Notes: generated from the sequence alone by a model not told the origin. DNA of 64,000 nucleotides from Bacteroidota bacterium (GCA_021300195.1 JAJTIE010000018.1:14524-78523), one strand, 5' to 3'; shown: positions 27,801-35,315, counted from the stretch's first letter. Translations and numbers: made by a program.

Positions 27801-30800
27801 ATGCTTTTTACCGAACAGCCCCTGCTGCAAACACTGCCCCTGGAATGGCGCGCCCGTACGGTAGAGCTGGGTGAGCTGGAAACCTTTGTAGCGGCACTGC
27901 AGCAGCTGCTGGCGGGCCTGAATGACAAGGAGACCGAAGAGCACAACAAAAACCTGGTGCGCGACTTCCTGAAGGCAGCCTTTGCTGCCGACTATGCCGA
28001 TACCAACACCAAGGGCCGGGTAGACCTGGCCGTGTACCAGGACGGGATGCCCGTGGTGCTGATAGAGGCCAAGGCACCCGGCAAGCATGCGGACTTCCCT
28101 ACGCCCGGCGACCTGAACACCAAGGCGCTGCACGAGCTGGTGCGCTACTACATGGCCGAACGCCTAGAGCACGCCAACAACCGCATCACCCAGCTGATCA
28201 TCACCAACGGGCTGGAGTGGTATATCCTGCAAGCGCAAGACGTGGAGCGCCACTTCTACGAGCACACAGCCTTTCGCAAAGCCTACCAGAGCTGGGCCAA
28301 GGGCGACCTGACCAGCCAGAAGACGGACCACTTCTACAAAGAAATAGCCCGCCCCCACATAGCGCAGCTGGAGGCCGAGCTGCCCTACCTGTACCTGAAC
28401 CTGCGCGAGCTGGGCACCCTGCCCGAAAGCCTGGCACAGCTGCGCAACCATAGCACCTGGCTACAGGCCTTCCGGGTGCTGCACCCCCACCACCTGCTGA
28501 AAAAGCCGCTGCCCAACCGAGGCAATACGCTGAACCGCCCCTTCTACGAGGAGCTGCTACATGTGCTGGGCCTGCAGGAGGAGGGCACCAAAAACCCCAA
28601 GCCCATCACCCGCCTGCCCGAAGCTGAGCGGCAGCCCGGCGCGCTGATGGAGAATGTGGTGGCCACCATGGTGGCCAAAGGCAAAAAGCTGCTGGAGCGC
28701 GAGCCCCTGATGTCGATGGTGCCCACCTATGGCACCACCTATGACGAGCAGGTGTTCAATATGGCCTTTGAGCTGGTGAGCACCTGGCTGAACCGCATCC
28801 TCTTCCTCAAGCTGCTGGAGGGCCAGCTGGTAAGCTACCATGTGAACAACAAGGGCGAACCCGGCGATGCCCGGCAGGCTTTTCTCCATACCAAAAAGAT
28901 ACCCGACTTCTTTGCCCTGCGCGATCTCTTCTTCCAGGTGCTAGCCGAGCGGCCCGAACAGCGCGAGCAGGAGCTGAAGGAGCTCTTTGGCCATGTGCCG
29001 TACCTAAACAGTTCGCTCTTTGAGCGCACAGCGCTGGAGGAGGCCACGGGCATAGAAATCAGCAGCCTGTACCCCCACCGCAGGCTGCTGCCCTACCGCA
29101 AAACGGTGCTGCGGGTAAAACCCGACACACCCCTAGACTTTCTGCCCTACCTGTTCGACTTTCTGGATGCCTACGACTTTAGCACCGTGGAGGTACGCGA
29201 GGTGCGGGCGGGCAACCGTGGCCTGATAGACGCACGGGTGCTGGGCCTGGTATTTGAGAAGCTGAATGGCTACAAAGACGGCTCCTTCTACACCCCCAGC
29301 TTTGTTACCATGTTTATGGCCCGCGAGGCGGTGCAGCGCGCTGTGGTGAACAGCCTGAACCGCGAGCTGAAGTGGGACTGCCCGGACTATGCCGCCCTGC
29401 GCGACCGTGTGGAGTGCCTGAAGAAGGAGGAACGACCCCGGGTGTCGGGCCTCATCCGCCAGCTGCGGGTGGTAGACCCCGCCGTGGGCAGCGGCCACTT
29501 CCTGGTATCGGTGCTGAACCAGCTGATATACACCCTGTGGGAGCTGGAGCTGCTGTACTACCACGACAGTGCCAGGGGCAAAGACAGCGACAAGCTGGTG
29601 CTGCCCGCACGCTACACCTTCAGCATCGTGGAGGACGAGCTACTGCTGGCAGACCAAAATGGAGACCGCCTGCGCTACCACCTGGGCCGAGACGGAAAGC
29701 CCAACGCCGAGGTGCAGGCCCTGCAAGAAACCCTCTTCCACCTGAAGCAGGAGCTGATAGAGAACTGCCTATTTGGCGTGGACCTCAACCCCGCATCTGT
29801 ATACATCTGCCGCCTGCGCCTGTGGATAGAGCTGCTGAAGCACGCCTACTATGCCGCGCCCCACTATCGGCATATGGAAACCCTGCCCAACCTGGATATC
29901 AACATCAAGCCGGGAAACAGCCTGGCCAGCAAGTTCCGATTGCACCTACCGTTTGTTGAAACCCGAAACGAAGAAATCTCGCTGGCACTGTACTTAAGCA
30001 GTGTGCATGCCTATAAGCACGAAAAAGATATAGAAGAAAAAGGGCGGCTTACTGCGTATATCGATAAGGTAAAAAAACACTTCACAAAATCATTCCGGGT
30101 ACAAAAAAACGACCCGCTTGAAGTAAAGAGAACTCAGCTTGAATCCCAGCTGATGGAACTGACAGGCCTGGGGATGGAAAGACTTCTGTTAAGTATTATG
30201 GAAGTATGGTCCGATGAGTCCAGAAAAAAGAAGATTGAAAAAATAACCAGCCAAATCCAAGAGATAGAGCAGGAGATAAAGAAAAAGGAAACGGGCATCC
30301 TCTGGAGAAATGCTTTTGAATGGCGGTTCGAGTACCCGGAGGTGCTGGACGAGCGGGGCGACTTTGCGGGCTTCGACCTCGTGATCGGCAACCCGCCCTA
30401 CATACGCCAGGAGCAGATACAGCACCTGAAGCGTGTGCTGGAGCAGAACTACGACACCTACACCGGCAGGGCTGATATATATGTCTTCTTCTTCGAGCTG
30501 GGCTACCAGCTGCTGCGGCCCGGTGGCACCCTGGCCTACATTACCAGCAACAAGTTTATGCGCGCGGGCTATGGCGAAAAGCTGCGCGCCTACCTACAGC
30601 AGCACATGGCCATCCGCACGCTGGTCGACTTTGGCGACCTGCCAGTGTTTGACGAGGCCATAGCCTACCCCGCTATCTACGTAGGCGAAAAACGACAGCC
30701 CGAACCCGAGGGCAGCGGCCTGCTGGCCCTCACCGTGACAGACAAGGCCGAGATGAAAACCTTTGCCCAGCTGTACGACACCCAGGCCCTGCGGCTGGCC

Positions 30801-31736
30801 CAGCAGCAGCTGGAGCCCACCGCCTGGCGGCTGGAAGACCCGCAGGTGAGCCGCCTGCTAGACAAGATGCGCCGTGCCGGCACCCCCCTGGGCGAGTATG
30901 TGAGCGGCAAGATATTTTACGGCATCAAGACCGGCCTGAACGAAGCCTTTGTGGTGGATGCCGCCACCAAAGACCGTCTGATAGCCGAAGACCCCCGCAG
31001 CATCGAGGTGCTGAAGCCCTTCCTGCGGGGTAGGGACATCAAGCGGTACGAAAAGCCGGTGGCAGAGACCTGGCTGATCCTGCTACCCAAAGGCATTACC
31101 ATCAAAAGCGCGCGCGACGGCGAACCCCTTCCTGCTTTTTTACAGGGAACGGTGGTGGAAGAGGCACCCGCCCGCTATGGCACCATCGCCTACGAAGAAG
31201 CGGAGGAGTGGCTAAAGGGAAGCTATCCCGCTATATACAAATGGCTGTTGCCCTTTAGGGAGAAGGCGGAAGCACGCGCAAACCAGGGCGACTTCTGGTG
31301 GGAACTGGGAGCTTGTAGCTATTATCCCGAATTTCTGAAGCCCAAAATTGAAGTGCCCGCCATTGTCTCGCGCAGTAGCTGTACGCTAGACACACAGGGG
31401 GCTTTTTCGAATGACAAAACCACCATCATAACGGGTGAAAAAGTATTGCTAGTATTACCCCTATTGAACAGCAGGGCGGCAGAGTTCTTTATGAAGTGTA
31501 TCTCGCCTACTCGCCAAAATGATTATTATGAGTACAAGCCCGTCTATCTCGCCAGGATTCCCATCCCCAAAGCCAGCAAAGCGCAGCAGAAGAACCTGGA
31601 AAAGCTGGCCCAGCAGGTAATGGATGCCAAGGCGCAGGGCGCAGATACCGCAAACCTGGAGGCGCAGATAGACACCCTGGTGTACGAGCTGTACAGCCTC
31701 AGCACAGATGAAATCGCACTAATAGAACAGGGCTAG
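27801..31736 (+). CDS. Type IIG restriction-modification enzyme (fused PD-ExK endonuclease / N6-adenine DNA methyltransferase / TRD; Eco57I/TaqII-like)
   Basis: 1311 aa. The N-terminal nuclease motif is D(28023)LAV...VVLIE(28065)AK(28071). The AdoMet motif I is VVDPAVGSGHFLV (about 29469-29501). Catalytic motif IV is VIGNPPY, with NPPY at 30390-30401. The C-terminal 300 aa or so is variable and TRD-like. There is no separate hsdS or hsdR gene and no BREX partner genes. Confidence 0.85.
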   Translation: MLFTEQPLLQTLPLEWRARTVELGELETFVAALQQLLAGLNDKETEEHNKNLVRDFLKAAFAADYADTNTKGRVDLAVYQDGMPVVLIEAKAPGKHADFPTPGDLNTKALHELVRYYMAERLEHANNRITQLIITNGLEWYILQAQDVERHFYEHTAFRKAYQSWAKGDLTSQKTDHFYKEIARPHIAQLEAELPYLYLNLRELGTLPESLAQLRNHSTWLQAFRVLHPHHLLKKPLPNRGNTLNRPFYEELLHVLGLQEEGTKNPKPITRLPEAERQPGALMENVVATMVAKGKKLLEREPLMSMVPTYGTTYDEQVFNMAFELVSTWLNRILFLKLLEGQLVSYHVNNKGEPGDARQAFLHTKKIPDFFALRDLFFQVLAERPEQREQELKELFGHVPYLNSSLFERTALEEATGIEISSLYPHRRLLPYRKTVLRVKPDTPLDFLPYLFDFLDAYDFSTVEVREVRAGNRGLIDARVLGLVFEKLNGYKDGSFYTPSFVTMFMAREAVQRAVVNSLNRELKWDCPDYAALRDRVECLKKEERPRVSGLIRQLRVVDPAVGSGHFLVSVLNQLIYTLWELELLYYHDSARGKDSDKLVLPARYTFSIVEDELLLADQNGDRLRYHLGRDGKPNAEVQALQETLFHLKQELIENCLFGVDLNPASVYICRLRLWIELLKHAYYAAPHYRHMETLPNLDINIKPGNSLASKFRLHLPFVETRNEEISLALYLSSVHAYKHEKDIEEKGRLTAYIDKVKKHFTKSFRVQKNDPLEVKRTQLESQLMELTGLGMERLLLSIMEVWSDESRKKKIEKITSQIQEIEQEIKKKETGILWRNAFEWRFEYPEVLDERGDFAGFDLVIGNPPYIRQEQIQHLKRVLEQNYDTYTGRADIYVFFFELGYQLLRPGGTLAYITSNKFMRAGYGEKLRAYLQQHMAIRTLVDFGDLPVFDEAIAYPAIYVGEKRQPEPEGSGLLALTVTDKAEMKTFAQLYDTQALRLAQQQLEPTAWRLEDPQVSRLLDKMRRAGTPLGEYVSGKIFYGIKTGLNEAFVVDAATKDRLIAEDPRSIEVLKPFLRGRDIKRYEKPVAETWLILLPKGITIKSARDGEPLPAFLQGTVVEEAPARYGTIAYEEAEEWLKGSYPAIYKWLLPFREKAEARANQGDFWWELGACSYYPEFLKPKIEVPAIVSRSSCTLDTQGAFSNDKTTIITGEKVLLVLPLLNSRAAEFFMKCISPTRQNDYYEYKPVYLARIPIPKASKAQQKNLEKLAQQVMDAKAQGADTANLEAQIDTLVYELYSLSTDEIALIEQG

Positions 31737-31737
31737 C
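31561..31737 (+). repeat. Direct repeat copy 1 (last ~59 codons plus stop of the R-M gene)
   Basis: Aligns without gaps to 33668-33844. About 19 mismatches in 177 nt were counted by eye. Confidence 0.85.
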
Positions 31738-31804
31738 AGCACACATGGTACAGGCGCTACCGACGAGAAAAACAAGACTGCCCCACTAACGTACACACCC
31801 GCCA

Positions 31805-32455
31805 ATGGCTAGCAGTACAGCTAATACAGACTACACACAGCTATTCATCTACCGTATTACCCATAGGGACAATATACCCTATCTACTGGAAAAAGGTATT
31901 TGTTCGTCCAATAGTCTTAATGTTTCACCAAGTTATGTGAATATTGGCCATAAGGAGGTGATCGAAAAACGGAATGCTACGCCAGTAAGAATAGATGGGT
32001 ATGGTGTATTGCACGACTATGTGTCCTTTTATTTTACCCCACACTCGGTAATGTTGTACAACATCAAAACCGGCTATGGGAATGTTGAGCAACGGCCCCA
32101 GAATGAGATAGTGATATTACAGGCTTCTATTATGTGTGTTATTGCGAGTGGACAGCGCTTCTTCTTCACCGATGGCCAAGGCAATGCTCGCATCACTAAA
32201 CACTTAGCCAACCCAACGGATCTGGATAAAATCGATTGGCCGTTGATACGTAAACGTGATTTTAAAAACGAGCCGCAGGACATGGATAAGCACCGAAGAT
32301 ACCAGGCCGAATTTCATGTACATGGGTGCGTACCCGTTAGCTGCATCCATAAGATCGTTGCTTACGACACAGAAACCACTACTTTTGTAGAGAGGGAAGT
32401 AAATAAGAATGGGCTTTCCATTCCCGTACAGGAAGACACAAAGTATTACTTCTGA
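31805..32455 (+). CDS. darT: DarT, DUF4433-family DNA ADP-ribosyltransferase toxin
   Basis: Colinear with Thermus/Mycobacterium DarT as remembered: IYRITHRDN (cf. IYHITHIDN), VLHDYVSFYFTP (cf. VLHDYVPFYFCP), FFFTDGQG (cf. FVFTDRHG) and the catalytic-Glu box YQAEFHV (cf. KQAEFLV). The Glu codon is at 32309-32311. The gene is AT-rich relative to its flanks. Confidence 0.9.
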   Translation: MASSTANTDYTQLFIYRITHRDNIPYLLEKGICSSNSLNVSPSYVNIGHKEVIEKRNATPVRIDGYGVLHDYVSFYFTPHSVMLYNIKTGYGNVEQRPQNEIVILQASIMCVIASGQRFFFTDGQGNARITKHLANPTDLDKIDWPLIRKRDFKNEPQDMDKHRRYQAEFHVHGCVPVSCIHKIVAYDTETTTFVEREVNKNGLSIPVQEDTKYYF

Positions 32456-33510
32456 TGGCTATACGGTTCACACAGGGCAATCTATTACAGTCTGAGGCTG
32501 AGGCCTTGGTTAACACCGTTAATACTGTCGGGGTAATGGGTAAAGGTATTGCTTTGCAATTCAAGGAAGCCTTCCCTGCTAACTTCAAGGCTTATCGCGA
32601 AGCCAGCAAGCACAATGAGCTGGCGCCTGGTAAACTGCTAGTACTACGCGATAAAAATCTACAGTATGGGGAGAAGATCATCATCAACTTCCCTACCAAA
32701 ACGCACTGGAAAGGTGCCTCCAAATATGAGTATATAGAGAGCGGGCTGGTAGCACTACGTAAGCTACTGCTAAAGGGTGAGATACAGAGCATTGCCATTC
32801 CGCCACTGGGCTGTGGCCAAGGTGGGCTGGATTGGGCCCGTGTAAAGCTGATGATACTAGAGCATCTGCAGGGCCTGGAAACAGTAATCGACGTATATGA
32901 ACCCAATAGCGAAATCAAGGCTACATTACAAGCCCAGCCTATGCATAAAAAGCCTGTTAAGCTGACCCGGGCCAGGGCTATGCTACTCTATGCCTTGTTT
33001 CACTATGAGCAGCTGGGTGAACAGAGCAGCCCTTTTTCGGCCAATAAACTGGCTTACTTTCTGCAAAGACTAGGAGAGCCTATGAAATTGGAGTTCAAGC
33101 CTTACATTTATGGCCCCTACGATGAGAAAGTAACACATGTGCTTTATGCATTAAATGGGCAATATCTAAAGGGGTTGGAGCAGAAACAGGCCAAATCTTT
33201 TGAGCCCCTACTACTAGACTACAGCAAATGGAAAGAGGTGAGCACCTATGTGGCAGAGCAGCTGAATGAGGCAGAGCAAGACCGCCTTCAGCGACTAATA
33301 CAATTGCTTACCGGGTTTGAGAGCGAACTATCACTTGAGCTTCTAGCTACAGTAGACTTTATACTGGCCCGTAACCCTGAATACAACCAAAAACAGGTAA
33401 TGGAAGCTATACGCCGGTGGAACCGGCGCAAAGAGCGCTTGTTTAAGGAAGAGTATGTACAAATAGCATATAACCATTGGGTAGAGCACCAGGCACTTTT
33501 CAGCAATTGA
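32455..33510 (+). CDS. darG: DarG, macrodomain antitoxin (DNA ADP-ribosyl glycohydrolase) with C-terminal toxin-binding-type domain
   Basis: The N-terminal macrodomain FTQGNLLQSEAEALVNTVNTVGVMGKGIALQFK...IINFPTKTHW...PPLGCGQGGLDW is nearly colinear with TaqDarG. The Lys of FPTK is at 32698-32700. The start overlaps the darT stop in TGATG. Confidence 0.9.
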   Translation: MAIRFTQGNLLQSEAEALVNTVNTVGVMGKGIALQFKEAFPANFKAYREASKHNELAPGKLLVLRDKNLQYGEKIIINFPTKTHWKGASKYEYIESGLVALRKLLLKGEIQSIAIPPLGCGQGGLDWARVKLMILEHLQGLETVIDVYEPNSEIKATLQAQPMHKKPVKLTRARAMLLYALFHYEQLGEQSSPFSANKLAYFLQRLGEPMKLEFKPYIYGPYDEKVTHVLYALNGQYLKGLEQKQAKSFEPLLLDYSKWKEVSTYVAEQLNEAEQDRLQRLIQLLTGFESELSLELLATVDFILARNPEYNQKQVMEAIRRWNRRKERLFKEEYVQIAYNHWVEHQALFSN

Positions 33511-33639
33511 GTAAGGGGGACACCATAGTAGAATCGCATTGCCTATTGCAGGGCAGTCATTATCTCGTCCTCCTAAATCTATTAGTTGTACATACTATTT
33601 GAGCTCTACATGCCCTTCAATTAGGGGCAGATATTTGAG

Positions 33640-33843
33640 ATGAAAACACAACATGTTGAGACTATCCCCATCCCCAAAGCCACCAAGGCGCAGCAGAAGA
33701 ACCTGGAAAAGCTGGCCCAGCAGGTAATGACCGCCAAGGCGCAGGGCGAAAATACCGAAAGCCTGGAGGCGCAGATAGACGCTATCGTATACCAGCTGTA
33801 CGGGCTTAGCACAGATGAAATCGCACTAATAGCACAGGGCTAG
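33640..33843 (+). pseudogene. Orphan remnant of a Type IIG R-M gene 3' end (67-codon ORF)
   Basis: Residues IPIPKATKAQQKNLEKLAQQVMTAKAQG...STDEIALIAQG* parallel the R-M C-terminus IPIPKASKAQQKNLEKLAQQVMDAKAQG...STDEIALIEQG*. Only 8 unrelated codons (MKTQHVET) precede the homology. Confidence 0.6.
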
Positions 33844-33844
33844 C
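33668..33844 (+). repeat. Direct repeat copy 2 (displaced R-M 3' end)
   Basis: See 31561-31737. It has the same length and the same stop context (cagggcTAGc). Confidence 0.85.
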
Positions 33845-33926
33845 GGGGGCAGGGATCAGGCACACCAGCTGGCACCTGTCGACCCCCGACAAAACACACC
33901 GGGGAGGGGAGGCAGGGCTACTGCCA

Positions 33927-35315
33927 CTACACCAGCACGGCTGGCGCAGCCTGCACCCGGGCCTCAAACTCGTCCTGAAAGCGCAGGATAGCACCGCGTA
34001 CGGGCCAGGCGGCGGCATCGGCCAGGGCGCAGATGGTGCGGCCCTCCATGTTGTAGCACAGGTCTAGCAGCAGGTCCAGGTCGCGGGTGCCGGCCTGGCG
34101 GTGTACAAACTTGGCCAGCAGGCTCTTCAGCCAGCCGGTGCCCTCGCGGCAGGGGGTGCACTGGCCACAGCTCTCGTGGTCGTAAAAGGCGGCGGCGCGG
34201 TAGGCATAGCGCACCATGTCTACCGTTTCATCCAGCACCAGGATGCCGGCCGTACCCATGGCCGATCCGGCCTTGCCCAGGCTGTCAGCGTTCATGGTTA
34301 CGCCCTCTATGCTGAAGGGTTTGCCGTGGGCATCCACGTTGATGCGACCGCCCATCATGTCTTTGTACTGGTCGGTGGGTACCCAGCCGGGTGTGCTGCC
34401 GTCGGCCCGCAGCACGGGTACCGATACACCACCGGGCACCACGGCCTTTATCTTTTTGCCGCCGCGGATGCCGCCAGCTACATCGTAGATCAGGTCGGTA
34501 AGCAGCATGCCGGTGGGGTACTCGTACACGCCGGGCTTGTTTACATGGCCGCTGATGCCGTAGAGCACGGGGCCGGGATGATCGGGCGCACCCAGGCTGC
34601 TAAACCACTGGGCGCCGTTTTTCAGCACCAGGGGTACGTTGGCCAGGGTCTCTATGTTGTTGATGGTGGTAGGCTTGCCCCACAGGCCGTACTGGGCCGG
34701 GAACGGCGGCTTGCTGCGCGGGTAGGCCCGCTTGCCCTCCAGGCTCTCCATCAGGCTGGTCTCTTCGCCACATATGTAGGCACCGGCACCCTTGTGCACG
34801 AATACGTCGCAGCTAAACTGGGTGCCAAACAGGTTCTTGCCCGCATAGCCCTTGGCATAGGCCTCGTCTACTGCTGTTTGCAGGATGTCTATCCAGTCGG
34901 CATACTCACCGCGGATGTACACATAGGCCGCGTCCATCTGCATGGCGTAGCAGGCCAGTATGGCGCCCTCTATGAACAGGTGGGGGTTGAACTCGAAGAG
35001 GCGGCGGTCTTTGAAGGTGCCGGGCTCACTTTCGTCGCCATTGCAGGCCAGGTAGCGGGGCACCCCCTCCTGCTTGGGGGGCATAAAGCTCCACTTAAGG
35101 CCGGCGTTGAAGCCGGCTCCGCCGCGGCCGCGTATGTTGGCGGCCTTTACCAGGTCTATCAGCTTTTTAGGCTCCCAGCTTTCCTCTTTTACCACGCGCT
35201 TCAGCTGTGTGTAGCCCCCGTGCCGGGTGTACACGTCTATTTTGTGGTAGTCCGGTATGTCCGGCAGCAGCACCTTCTGATAGCTTTTCCAGTCCATGGT
35301 TTTGTACGGAGACAA
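33927..35315 (-). CDS. nuoF: NADH-quinone oxidoreductase subunit F (NuoF, 51-kDa FMN/NADH-binding subunit)
   Basis: GRGGAGFNAGLKW (FMN/NADH site), ACNGDESEPGTFKDR, and the 4Fe-4S ligands ESCGQCTPCREG...C are present. No nuoE or nuoG is adjacent. Confidence 0.95.
   Translation of the reverse strand: MSPYKTMDWKSYQKVLLPDIPDYHKIDVYTRHGGYTQLKRVVKEESWEPKKLIDLVKAANIRGRGGAGFNAGLKWSFMPPKQEGVPRYLACNGDESEPGTFKDRRLFEFNPHLFIEGAILACYAMQMDAAYVYIRGEYADWIDILQTAVDEAYAKGYAGKNLFGTQFSCDVFVHKGAGAYICGEETSLMESLEGKRAYPRSKPPFPAQYGLWGKPTTINNIETLANVPLVLKNGAQWFSSLGAPDHPGPVLYGISGHVNKPGVYEYPTGMLLTDLIYDVAGGIRGGKKIKAVVPGGVSVPVLRADGSTPGWVPTDQYKDMMGGRINVDAHGKPFSIEGVTMNADSLGKAGSAMGTAGILVLDETVDMVRYAYRAAAFYDHESCGQCTPCREGTGWLKSLLAKFVHRQAGTRDLDLLLDLCYNMEGRTICALADAAAWPVRGAILRFQDEFEARVQAAPAVLV

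Noticed and set aside
27801-31736. Interpreting the 1311-aa NPPY methyltransferase as BREX PglX
   Set aside because: None of the other BREX genes (brxA/B/C, pglZ, brxL) are present in the flanks. In addition, the N-terminus carries a plausible PD-ExK nuclease motif. A Type IIG R-M enzyme is the simpler reading.
31738-33667. Terminal inverted repeats or a short target-site duplication that would mark darTG as a transposon or MITE-borne cassette
   Set aside because: Comparing the roughly 70-nt left flank and 150-nt right flank by eye gave no convincing inverted repeat. The only repeat structure is the long direct duplication of the R-M 3' end.
33640-33843. The orphan 67-codon ORF as a functional stand-alone gene, or as a silent cassette for phase-variable TRD/C-terminus shuffling of the R-M enzyme
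   Set aside because: It contains only the terminal helix of the R-M protein plus 8 unrelated codons. Amino-acid divergence (about 11 of 59) is not obviously constrained relative to nucleotide divergence. The repeats are direct rather than inverted, and no invertase or recombinase gene is nearby. It is treated as a displaced gene-end remnant.
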